A stretch of DNA of 49,059 nt from Bifidobacterium breve. Lineage in GTDB: Bacteria; Actinomycetota; Thermoleophilia; Miltoncostaeales; Miltoncostaeaceae. Numbering within the stretch: the first letter of the stretch is position 1; every line of letters begins with the position of its first letter. This document shows positions 33,275 through 41,494 of this stretch, piece after piece. Both the position numbers and the translations under genes were made by a program. Location: contig CAMCDF010000001.1 of assembly GCA_945873475.1 (NCBI GenBank), forward strand, positions 1 through 49,059, read 5' to 3'. The notes beneath the pieces are model-generated. The model saw only the letters and a program-made list of their open reading frames with translations, had not been told where the DNA came from and did not search any database.

Positions 33275-33859
33275 ATGGAACCGCACCGCATCTCGGTGAA
33301 GCTGTACCTCGACGGCCCGGCCCCGCTGGACCCCGAGGCCGTCGTGCCCGCCTTCCACCGGTTCATCCGCGAGGACGCCGTGGGTGGCATCCCGATCGAC
33401 GTCGCGCGCTACGCGCACGTGGTGAACGGCCCGGGCGTGATGATCGTGGGCCACCAGCTCGACTTCGCAATCGACCTGGCGGAGGGCCGACCCGGCATCT
33501 CCGTCACGCGCAAGCGCGACGCCACCGGGGGCCTGGCCCAGCAGGTGCGCGAGCTCGCCGCCTGGGCCGCACGGCTGTCGCTGCTGCTGCAGGACGACGA
33601 CGCCGTGGGCGCGGCCGCCCGGGTGGGCACGGGCGAGGCGCTCGTGACGATCCTCGACCGCTACGAGGCACCGAACGACGACCAGACGCTGGTGCGGGCC
33701 GAGCCCGCCCTGCGCGAGGCCTTCGAGCCGCTGTCGGAGGGCTCCGGCGTGGAGGCAACCCGTGTGGGCACAGGGCGCGATCCGTTCGCGGCGCGCGTCA
33801 CCATCGGCTCACCGAGGCCGCTCGAGGAGTGGGCAACGGGCGCGGCAGCGCTCGCGTGA
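33275..33859 (+). CDS. Hypothetical protein (194 aa) co-transcribed with sulfite reductase
   Basis: ATG 33275 behind GGAGACAGGA, 26 nt after the sulfite reductase stop. High GC3. No family recognised ('ISVKLYLDG...FHRFIRE...IDVARYAHVVNGPGVMIVGHQ'). Confidence 0.55.
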   Translation: MEPHRISVKLYLDGPAPLDPEAVVPAFHRFIREDAVGGIPIDVARYAHVVNGPGVMIVGHQLDFAIDLAEGRPGISVTRKRDATGGLAQQVRELAAWAARLSLLLQDDDAVGAAARVGTGEALVTILDRYEAPNDDQTLVRAEPALREAFEPLSEGSGVEATRVGTGRDPFAARVTIGSPRPLEEWATGAAALA

Positions 33860-33871
33860 CCGATAGACGGG

Positions 33872-33908
33872 CACGGGGCGGCCAAGTAAGCCACACTGCC
33901 GCCCCGTG
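33872..33908 (+). promoter_or_regulatory. 11-bp GC hairpin whose 3' arm contains the GTG start codon of the first TerC gene
   Basis: CACGGGGCGGC (33872-82), 15-nt loop, GCCGCCCCGTG (33898-908). The GTG at 33906-08 is the annotated start. Confidence 0.4.
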
Positions 33909-34841
33909 AACGTCCCTCTCTGGGCATGGATCGCGCTCGTGCTCGGCACGGTCGTGGTCATCGCCGTCGACCTGCTCTTCATCTCGAAGGGCGACAAGGA
34001 GATGGGCCTCCGCACGGCCCTGACCTGGACGGGCGTGTGGCTGGCCCTCGGCCTGTCGTTCGCATTGGTGGTGGGCTTCGCGTTCGACACGAAGTACGCC
34101 ACCGAGTACCTGTCGGGCTTCCTGCTCGAGTACTCGCTGTCGATGGACAACGTGTTCGTGTTCATCGTGCTGTTCAGCTTCTTCGCGGTGCCACAGGCCG
34201 CGAAACTCAGGGTGCTGACCATCGGCATCCTGATCGCCCTCGGATTGCGTCTGATCGCGATCCTCGTGGGCGGCGTGCTCATCGCGAAGGCCGAGTGGGT
34301 GCTCTACATCTTCGGCGCGTTCCTCATCTACACCGCATGGAAGCTGCTGAAGCACGCCGACGAGCCCGCGAACCCCGAGGACTCGGCGATCCTCAAGTTC
34401 CTCAAGAAGCGGATGCCGTTGACAGGCACGTACGAGGGCCGCAAGTTCCGCGTGAAGGTGGACGGCAAGGTGATGTACACCACCCTGGCCGTGGTGCTGG
34501 TGATGCTCGCCGGCACCGACCTGGTGTTCGCCCTCGACTCCATCCCCGCGGCCTTCGGGGTCACGCGCGAGCCCTTCCTGGTGTTCGCGGTGAACGCCTT
34601 CGCCCTGATGGGCCTGCGGTCGCTGTTCTTCGTGCTCGAGGGGCTGGTCGACCGCTTCCCGTACCTGTCGTACGGACTGGCCATCGTGCTCGCCTTCGTC
34701 GGGGCCAAGATGCTGGTGAAGGACTTCTGGCACCCGCCCATCTGGCTGTCGCTGGCCATCATCGTCGTGACCCTGGGCGCCAGCATCATCTACTCGTGGA
34801 TCAAGACGAAGCCGCCCGCGGGACCCGCCGCACCCGCCTGA
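33906..34841 (+). CDS. TerC-family integral membrane protein (paralog 1)
   Basis: 311 aa. 'EYSLSMDNVFVF' and 'LAGTDLVFALDSIPA' TerC motifs. Confidence 0.85.
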   Translation: MNVPLWAWIALVLGTVVVIAVDLLFISKGDKEMGLRTALTWTGVWLALGLSFALVVGFAFDTKYATEYLSGFLLEYSLSMDNVFVFIVLFSFFAVPQAAKLRVLTIGILIALGLRLIAILVGGVLIAKAEWVLYIFGAFLIYTAWKLLKHADEPANPEDSAILKFLKKRMPLTGTYEGRKFRVKVDGKVMYTTLAVVLVMLAGTDLVFALDSIPAAFGVTREPFLVFAVNAFALMGLRSLFFVLEGLVDRFPYLSYGLAIVLAFVGAKMLVKDFWHPPIWLSLAIIVVTLGASIIYSWIKTKPPAGPAAPA

Positions 34842-34906
34842 CACAGGTCCCCGTACCGCGCTGATCACCCGGCCCGGGCCCGGCGCGGGGTTACCATGGG
34901 CCGCCG

Positions 34907-35623
34907 GTGGATCAACTCTCCGTCGTATCCCTTGCCGTGGCCTTCGCCGCCGGCTTCGTCTCGTTCGCCTCGCCGTGCGTGCTGGCGCTCGTCCCCGGAT
35001 ACCTGTCGTTCATCTCCGGGGTGCCGGCCGACCAGGTGGAGCAGCGGTGGAAGGGCGTCCTCCGTCCCACCGCGGCCTTCGTCATGGGGTTCGCGGTCAT
35101 GTTCGCGCTGTTCGGTGCGAGCGCAGGGCTGATCGGCCGTTCGCTCGCCCGCGATCGCGACGTGCTCAACCTGGTCGCGGGAATCATCCTCATCGTGTTC
35201 GGCATCGCCATGGTGGTGCTGCCGCGCATGGGGTGGTTCCAGGCCGACCGCCACGTGCGGCTGTCGCGCCGGCCCGAGACGCTCGTGGGGGCGGGCCTCG
35301 TGGGAGCCGCCTTCGCAGCCGGCTGGACACCCTGCATCGGGCCCATCCTCGGCAGCATCCTCACCTACGCCGCGCCCACGGGGTCGCCGCTGGCCGGGGC
35401 GCTTCTGCTGTTCGTCTACTCGCTCGGGCTGGGAATCCCATTCCTGCTCGCCGGCATCTTCATGACCCAGACCCTCTCGGCGTCGAAATGGCTGCGAAAT
35501 CGCTGGTACGCGGTGAACGCCATCGGGGGTGGGCTCATGGTGGTGCTCGGCATCATGGTGCTCACCGGTAACCTCGAGCGCATCACCCAGCGACTCGCAA
35601 CCATCGGTTTCGCCGGCCTCTAG
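34907..35623 (+). CDS. ccdA: Cytochrome c biogenesis thiol-disulfide transporter CcdA (DsbD-beta family)
   Basis: 238 aa. 'FASPCVLALVPGYLSFI' and 'AAGWTPCIGPILG' conserved Cys motifs. GTG start. Confidence 0.8.
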   Translation: MDQLSVVSLAVAFAAGFVSFASPCVLALVPGYLSFISGVPADQVEQRWKGVLRPTAAFVMGFAVMFALFGASAGLIGRSLARDRDVLNLVAGIILIVFGIAMVVLPRMGWFQADRHVRLSRRPETLVGAGLVGAAFAAGWTPCIGPILGSILTYAAPTGSPLAGALLLFVYSLGLGIPFLLAGIFMTQTLSASKWLRNRWYAVNAIGGGLMVVLGIMVLTGNLERITQRLATIGFAGL

Positions 35624-35631
35624 GAGCCCTC

Positions 35632-36702
35632 GTGCGCATTGTGTCCCTCGTGGGGAACCGGCCCCAGTTCGTCAAGGCCGCGCCCCTCTGCATCGCCCTC
35701 CGTGCCCAGGGGGAGGAGATCCTCGTGCACTCGGGCCAGCACTACGACCCCGAACTGGCCGACCTCTTCTTCGACGAGCTGGGGATCCCCAGCCCCGACC
35801 ACGCACTCGACGTGGGGCCCGGGACGCCCGTGCACCAGATCGCCATCATGATGGAGCGGTTCGAGCACGTGGTGCGCGATGAGAAGCCCGATGCCGTGCT
35901 GGTGTACGGCGACACCACCACCACGCTCGCGGGCGCGCTGGTGGCGGCCAAGTGCGGGATCCCCCTGGCGCACGTGGAGGCCGGCCTCCGCTCGTTCGAC
36001 AAGACCATGCCGGAAGAGCAGAACCGGGTGGTCACCGACCACCTGTCCGACGTCCTGCTGTGCCCCACCCGCCAGGCCGTGGACAACCTGGCAGCCGAGG
36101 GCATCACCCACGGCGTGCACCTGGTGGGCGACGTCATGTTCGACGCAGGCCGCATGTTCGCGCCGCTGGCCGAACACCGCGGCGCCCCGGCTGCCCATGG
36201 TCTGGAGCCCGGCGGATACCTGCTGGTCACCATCCACCGTGCCGCCGCCACCGACACCCCCGAGGCGCTCGGCGCCATGGTGCAAGTGCTGTCGTCGCTG
36301 GGACGCCCGGCGATCTTCCCCGTGCACCCGCGCACCCGGGCGAAGCTGCAGGCCGGCGGCCGGTGGGATGCCCTGCAGGATGTGCCGGGGCTCATCCTGG
36401 CGCCGCCCGTCGGCTACCTCGACTTCACCAGCCTGCTCATGGGTGCCGAAGCCGTGGTCACGGACTCCGGCGGGGTGCAGAAGGAGGCCTACTTCCACGG
36501 CGTGCCGTGCGTGACGCTGCGCGACACCACCGAGTGGGTCGAGACGGTGGAGGGCGGGTTCAACACCCTCACCGGCATGGACCCGGCCAAGGTGCAGGCG
36601 GCGCTGGCCGAGCTCTCCATGCCGGCTGAGCGCCCGCCGTACTACGGCGACGGCCACGCGGCAGACGCCATCGCGCGCGCCGTGGTGGCCGAACTGGGCT
36701 AG
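35632..36702 (+). CDS. UDP-N-acetylglucosamine (or UDP-2,3-diacetamido sugar acid) 2-epimerase, WecB/WbpI family
   Basis: 356 aa. 'GNRPQFVKAAP', 'HSGQHYD' and 'VEAGLRS' non-hydrolysing epimerase motifs. GTG behind AGGAG. Confidence 0.85.
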   Translation: MRIVSLVGNRPQFVKAAPLCIALRAQGEEILVHSGQHYDPELADLFFDELGIPSPDHALDVGPGTPVHQIAIMMERFEHVVRDEKPDAVLVYGDTTTTLAGALVAAKCGIPLAHVEAGLRSFDKTMPEEQNRVVTDHLSDVLLCPTRQAVDNLAAEGITHGVHLVGDVMFDAGRMFAPLAEHRGAPAAHGLEPGGYLLVTIHRAAATDTPEALGAMVQVLSSLGRPAIFPVHPRTRAKLQAGGRWDALQDVPGLILAPPVGYLDFTSLLMGAEAVVTDSGGVQKEAYFHGVPCVTLRDTTEWVETVEGGFNTLTGMDPAKVQAALAELSMPAERPPYYGDGHAADAIARAVVAELG

Positions 36703-37340
36703 AGGAAGGTTCCCGTCGGGCCCTCGTCGTGATCGTCGGCCGACCTGCCCCGCGGCAGTGCGTAGGCGTCCTGTATGCCCATTCCCGCGATGAGCGCGTT
36801 GGGGCGGATCATCAGGAAGATGCGCGAATCGCGCTCGTCCTCGGCCATCGCCCACCGGTGGGCCTCGAGCCGGTCGACGATGCCCAGGCCCAGGCCGACC
36901 CCGGCCACCAGCGCGGCCGTGCCGCCGATCTCGCTGATGAGGGTGTCGAGCACCAGCAGGGTGCCGACCCCGAGGAACATGATGGTGGCGGCCCGCATGC
37001 GGCGCTCGCGGCCGTCGGCGATGGTCTCGTGCACCACCGAGCGCGGGGGGCGCAGGGTGAGCATGCCGTGGGCGAATCGGCGCCGGCTGGTGATGGCGCC
37101 GAGCACGAAGGCGAAGACCAGTGACGCCAGGAAGATGACGCCCGCGGGCAGTGGTTCGACGGGTCCGTCGAAGAGCCAGACGATGATCCAGTACGAGAGG
37201 GCGGCGAGTCCGAGCGACGTGAGCACCTGCCCACGCCACCTGACCTCGTCGTCCGCGCGCACGATGCGGGGGAGCCCCGCAAGCGCCGCATCGGCCATAG
37301 TGGCTACGATACCGCCGCTGTCCACGCCGAGAACGAACAT
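36699..37340 (-). CDS. Integral membrane protein, unknown function
   Basis: About 4 TM segments. Start ambiguous (ATG 37340 or 37298). The longer track ORF would run into the divergent dehydrogenase gene. Confidence 0.45.
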   Translation of the reverse strand: MFVLGVDSGGIVATMADAALAGLPRIVRADDEVRWRGQVLTSLGLAALSYWIIVWLFDGPVEPLPAGVIFLASLVFAFVLGAITSRRRFAHGMLTLRPPRSVVHETIADGRERRMRAATIMFLGVGTLLVLDTLISEIGGTAALVAGVGLGLGIVDRLEAHRWAMAEDERDSRIFLMIRPNALIAGMGIQDAYALPRGRSADDHDEGPTGTFL

Positions 37341-37355
37341 CCCCGGCGGTCCACT

Positions 37356-38636
37356 GTGACCGCCCCCGCGCCGCGCGTCGGCGTCATCGGCCTCGGCTAT
37401 GTCGGGCTGCCGCTGGCGGTCGTGTTCGCCGAGGCGGGCGTGCCCGTTGTCGGCCTGGACGTGGTGGACGAGAAAGTGGCCGCGATCAACCGCGGCATCT
37501 CGCACATCGAGGACGTCCCCTCAGAGCGCCTGGCACCGCTGGTGCAGGCCGGAACGCTTCGCGCCAGCACCGACCTGGACGAGCTGCCCGCGCTCGAGGC
37601 CATCATCATCTGCCTGCCCACGCCGCTGAACGAGCACCGCGAGCCCGACCTGGGCGCCGTGCTGGGCGCCGCCCGCGACATCGCCCCGCGCCTGCAGCGC
37701 GGCCAGGTGGTGGTGCTCGAGAGCACCACCTACCCCGGCACCACCCGCGATGAGCTCGCGCCACTGCTCGAGGAGTACGGGCTCACCGCGGGCAGGGACT
37801 TCCACCTGGCCTTCAGCCCCGAGCGCGTGGACCCCGGTCGCGAGGACTGGACCACCCGGTCGACCCCCAAGGTGGTGGGCGGCCTCACCCCGGCGTGCAC
37901 CGAGAAGGTGCTCGAGGTCTACGGGCTGGCGTTCGACACGCTGGTGCCGGTGTCCACCCCCGAGGTGGCCGAGATGACCAAGATCCTCGAGAACGTCTTC
38001 CGCAGCGTGAACATCGCGCTGGTCAACGAGACCGCGGTGCTGTGCGACCGCATGGGCGTGGATGTGTGGGAGGTCATCGACGCCGCGGCCACCAAGCCGT
38101 TCGGGTACATGCCCTTCCGTCCCGGGCCGGGCCTGGGCGGCCACTGCATCCCGATCGACCCCTTCTACCTCACGTGGAAGGCGCGCGAGTACGACTTCCA
38201 CACCGAGTTCATCGAGCTCGCGGGCAAGGTCAACTCGCAGATGCCCTACTTCTGCGTGGCCAAGCTGGCACGGGCGCTCAACGACCACGAGAAGTCGCTC
38301 AAGGGCTCGGACGTGCTGGTGATCGGGGTGGCCTACAAGGCCGATGTGAACGACATGCGTGAGAGCCCTGCCCTCAAGGTGATCTCCCTGCTGCTCGAGC
38401 GCGGCGCGAACGTGACCTACCACGACCCGCATGTGCCCGAGCTGGAGGCCGGGCACGGGCTCGACGTGGCGATGACCGGCGTGGACCTGACCGACGAGGC
38501 GCTCGCCAGCGCCGACGCCGTGGTGGTGGTGACCGCGCACTCGGGAATCGACTGGCAGCGCGTGGCCGACCTGAGCCGGCTGGTGGTGGACTTCCGCAAC
38601 GCAGTTCCGCGAGGGGAGAACGTGTGGACCCTGTGA
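37356..38636 (+). CDS. UDP-N-acetyl-D-glucosamine/mannosamine 6-dehydrogenase (WbpA/WecC family nucleotide-sugar dehydrogenase)
   Basis: 426 aa. N-terminal 'VGVIGLGYVGLPLA' Rossmann motif and catalytic 'GGHCIPIDP'. Confidence 0.85.
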   Translation: MTAPAPRVGVIGLGYVGLPLAVVFAEAGVPVVGLDVVDEKVAAINRGISHIEDVPSERLAPLVQAGTLRASTDLDELPALEAIIICLPTPLNEHREPDLGAVLGAARDIAPRLQRGQVVVLESTTYPGTTRDELAPLLEEYGLTAGRDFHLAFSPERVDPGREDWTTRSTPKVVGGLTPACTEKVLEVYGLAFDTLVPVSTPEVAEMTKILENVFRSVNIALVNETAVLCDRMGVDVWEVIDAAATKPFGYMPFRPGPGLGGHCIPIDPFYLTWKAREYDFHTEFIELAGKVNSQMPYFCVAKLARALNDHEKSLKGSDVLVIGVAYKADVNDMRESPALKVISLLLERGANVTYHDPHVPELEAGHGLDVAMTGVDLTDEALASADAVVVVTAHSGIDWQRVADLSRLVVDFRNAVPRGENVWTL

Positions 38637-39652
38637 CGCCGTTGCGCGTGGCGGTTGTGGGCATGTCGTACTGGGGCCCCAACCTGGCCCGCAACTTCGA
38701 CCGCATCGAGGGCTCCGAGCTCCGCTGGGCCTGCGACCTGGACGAGGGCCTGCTCGACCGCCACCGCTCGGCCTTCCCGCGCACGAGGTTCACCACGAAC
38801 CTCGACGAGGTGCTGGCCGACCCCGAGACCGACGCGGTGGTCATCGCCACGCCGGTTCCCACCCATGCCGCCCTGGCCCTGAAGGCGATCGCCGCCGGCA
38901 AGCACGTGTTCGTGGAGAAGCCCCTGGCGCTGACCGCGGCCGACGCCCGTGCCGTGGCCGAGGCCGCCGAGGCCGCGGGTGTGACCTGCATGGTGGACCA
39001 CCTGCTGGTGCTGCACCCCGGCGTCACCAAGGTGAAGGAGCTGGTCGACACCGGCCACCTGGGCGACGTGCACTACCTGTACGGCAACCGGCTGAACCTC
39101 GGCATCGTGCGCAAGGACGAGAACGCCCTGTGGAGCCTCGGGCCGCACGACATCAGCGTGATGCTGCACATCGTGGGCGAGCGGGCGGTCGAAGTGTCGG
39201 CCACCGGTGCCTGCTACCTGCAGGAGGGCGTGGAGGACGTCGTGTTCGGGCGCATCCTCTTCGAGAGCGGGGTCATCGGCCACCTGCACCTGTCGTGGCT
39301 CGACCCCCACAAGATGCGCCGCATGACGGTGATCGGCTCGGAGCGCATGGTGGTGTTCGACGACATGGAGAGCGAGCGCAAGATCACCGTGTACGACAAG
39401 GGGCCCGTGCCGCGCACCGGTGAGTACGGCGAGTACATCCAGGTGCGCTCCGGCGACATCTTCAGCCCCAAGATCGACGGCGCCGAGCCGCTCAGGCTCG
39501 TGTGCCAGCACTTCCTCGACTGCATCCGCACCGGCAGCGCGCCCATCGCCGACGCATGGGCCGGGCTGGCCACCGTGGATGTGCTCGAGGCCATGGACCG
39601 ATCCCTCTCGGAGGGCGGCCGACCCATCACCCTGGAGGGGGCATCCCGATGA
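38624..39652 (+). CDS. Gfo/Idh/MocA-family oxidoreductase (WbpB-like UDP-GlcNAcA 3-dehydrogenase)
   Basis: 342 aa. 'RVAVVGMSYWGPNL' and 'EKPLALT' motifs. Sits between the dehydrogenase and the acetyltransferase. Confidence 0.8.
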   Translation: MDPVTPLRVAVVGMSYWGPNLARNFDRIEGSELRWACDLDEGLLDRHRSAFPRTRFTTNLDEVLADPETDAVVIATPVPTHAALALKAIAAGKHVFVEKPLALTAADARAVAEAAEAAGVTCMVDHLLVLHPGVTKVKELVDTGHLGDVHYLYGNRLNLGIVRKDENALWSLGPHDISVMLHIVGERAVEVSATGACYLQEGVEDVVFGRILFESGVIGHLHLSWLDPHKMRRMTVIGSERMVVFDDMESERKITVYDKGPVPRTGEYGEYIQVRSGDIFSPKIDGAEPLRLVCQHFLDCIRTGSAPIADAWAGLATVDVLEAMDRSLSEGGRPITLEGASR

Positions 39653-40344
39653 GCCGCGAGAACCTGGTGCTGGGCGAGGGCGTGCAGATCGCCGACGACG
39701 CCGAGATCGGCGCCAACGTGGTGATCCACGCGGGCACCGTCATCGGCGCGGGCTGCGTGATCCAGGACAACGTGGTGCTGGGCAAGACGCCCAAGCTGGC
39801 CAGCCGCTCGACCGCCAAGAAGAAGGACCTGCCCGGTCTGGTGCTGGGCGAGGCCGTCACGGTGTGCTCGGGGGCAGTGGTGTTCGCCGGCACCACCATC
39901 GGCGCGCGCACGGTCATCGGCGACCAGGCCTTCGTGCGCGAGAACGTCACGATCGGCGAGGACTGCGGCGTCGGCCGTGGAGTGTGCATCGAGAACCAGG
40001 TCGGAATCGGCTCACGGTGCTCAATTCAGAGCAACTCGTACATCACCCGTCTGTCCACGCTGGAGGACGACGTCTTCATCGCCCCCTGCGTCACGACGAC
40101 CAACGACAACTTCATGGGGCGCACCGAGGCCCGCCACGGCCTGCTGATGGGCGCGACCATCCGCAGGGCGGCGCGCATCGGCGGCGGCGTGGTGATACTC
40201 CCCGGCATCGAGATCGGCGAGGAGGCCTTCGTGGCCGCCGGCGCCCTGGTGACCAAGGACATCCCGGCCGGCAAGCTGGTGGCCGGCCTGCCCGCGCGTG
40301 TGTGGCGTGACGTTCCCGAAGAGGAACTACTCGGCAACCAGTAG
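39649..40344 (+). CDS. Left-handed beta-helix (hexapeptide) N-acetyltransferase, WbpD-like
   Basis: 231 aa from ATG 39649 (ATGA overlap). Repeated [LIV]-G-x4 hexapeptides throughout. Confidence 0.8.
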   Translation: MSRENLVLGEGVQIADDAEIGANVVIHAGTVIGAGCVIQDNVVLGKTPKLASRSTAKKKDLPGLVLGEAVTVCSGAVVFAGTTIGARTVIGDQAFVRENVTIGEDCGVGRGVCIENQVGIGSRCSIQSNSYITRLSTLEDDVFIAPCVTTTNDNFMGRTEARHGLLMGATIRRAARIGGGVVILPGIEIGEEAFVAAGALVTKDIPAGKLVAGLPARVWRDVPEEELLGNQ

Positions 40345-40352
40345 CGGCTGGC

Positions 40353-40790
40353 CTACCCCGGTCCGCCGGCCAGGCGCTCCATCCGCACCAGGAGGGCGGC
40401 CGACGGCGTGACCGTGCCCCGTGCGTAGGTGCTGAGCCTGGATGCAGACGTGCCGATCTCGCGGGCGAAGGCCGCGGCGGTCAGGCCGGACCGGGCGATG
40501 CACGTGCGAACCCGTGCCGCGGCCTCGGCGCGGTCGGCCTGATCCTCCTGCCGGCGGGCGTCATCCAGGACCAGCCGGAACAGGCGGGTGGCGCCATCGG
40601 GGTCGGCCCGGTCGAGATAGGCGGCGACGGACCGGGCGACCACCCCGTGAGGGCGGGCGCGAAGTTCCGCGAACACCGGGCGCCAGTCGTCAACGAGGCC
40701 TCGCTCGATCACGATCACCAGGGCCTCGTGCGGCCAGGTGGCGATGGGATCCCCGGGGGATGCATCGACGTTGCGGAAGGCCACGCTCAC
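40353..40790 (-). CDS. XRE-family helix-turn-helix protein with unassigned N-terminal domain (candidate antitoxin/regulator)
   Basis: 145 aa. C-terminal 'SGLTAAAFAREIGTSASRLSTYARGTVTPSAALLVRMERL' is a Cro/C1-type HTH. GTG start overlaps the upstream stop (GTGA). Confidence 0.65.
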   Translation of the reverse strand: MSVAFRNVDASPGDPIATWPHEALVIVIERGLVDDWRPVFAELRARPHGVVARSVAAYLDRADPDGATRLFRLVLDDARRQEDQADRAEAAARVRTCIARSGLTAAAFAREIGTSASRLSTYARGTVTPSAALLVRMERLAGGPG

Positions 40791-41494
40791 GAGCGCCCCT
40801 CCGCGAGGTCCATGGCCAGGGCCTCGCAGGCGCTCACGACGGCGCGCCAGTCGTGCCAGCGCTCATCAAGCCGCTTGTAGCGGTGGAGTTCGCGCGTGAC
40901 GACATCGTCGCGGGGGGAGGGATCGGCGAGGTGCATGACGAGCGACGTGAGCACCGACCCGTGTTCCCCCGAGCGATCGTCGTAGTAGTCATCGATCACG
41001 GACAGGGCCTCGTGGGTGCGGGTGGGCCCGAGGTGGTCGGCAAGGGCGACCACGTCGAGGTAGTCGCGTACCTGATTGCGCTGCACCACCAGGTACGCCT
41101 TGACCCTCAGCATGTCGTCCGCCGTCGGCGCAACCACCACGAGCCCATCGCCGAGATCGACCGCCACGGTCTCGAGCGGCCGGGTACGACGCATCTGGCG
41201 AAGACCGGCCTCGATGCCACCGAGTGACCCCATGATGGTCATCGGCGGCCGGGATGCACGCACGGACGTGGCCCATCCATCAGTCGCCTCGACGGCCTCG
41301 AGCACATCCTCGTACCTGCGCGCGAGATCGGCGATCACGTGGTCGTGGTCGAACGAATCGCGGTGACCCGCGTGCAGAGCAGCAGCTGCTCCTCCCACGA
41401 GCACCGCGTCGGGCACGACCTGCTGCAGGCGCGCTGCTGAGCGCAGCACCTCATCGAGCTCCGGCGCACCGGACGTCCTGTCGTCTGCGGCCAT
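40787..41494 (-). CDS. Nucleotidyltransferase of the AbiEii/MenT (DUF1814)-like type
   Basis: 235 aa. 'VLVGGAAAALHAGHRDSFDHDHV' fits the GG...R.S.D.D NTase motif of AbiEii-type toxins, and 'KAYLVVQRNQVRDYLDVVAL' fits the later R..RDxxD helix. Confidence 0.6.
   Translation of the reverse strand: MAADDRTSGAPELDEVLRSAARLQQVVPDAVLVGGAAAALHAGHRDSFDHDHVIADLARRYEDVLEAVEATDGWATSVRASRPPMTIMGSLGGIEAGLRQMRRTRPLETVAVDLGDGLVVVAPTADDMLRVKAYLVVQRNQVRDYLDVVALADHLGPTRTHEALSVIDDYYDDRSGEHGSVLTSLVMHLADPSPRDDVVTRELHRYKRLDERWHDWRAVVSACEALAMDLAEGRS

Noticed and set aside
33860-33905. A second yybP-ykoY riboswitch in front of TerC paralog 1.
   Set aside because: Only 46 nt are available. Neither the GGGGAGUA nor the GAGAGACC hallmark is present there or in the 3' end of the upstream gene.
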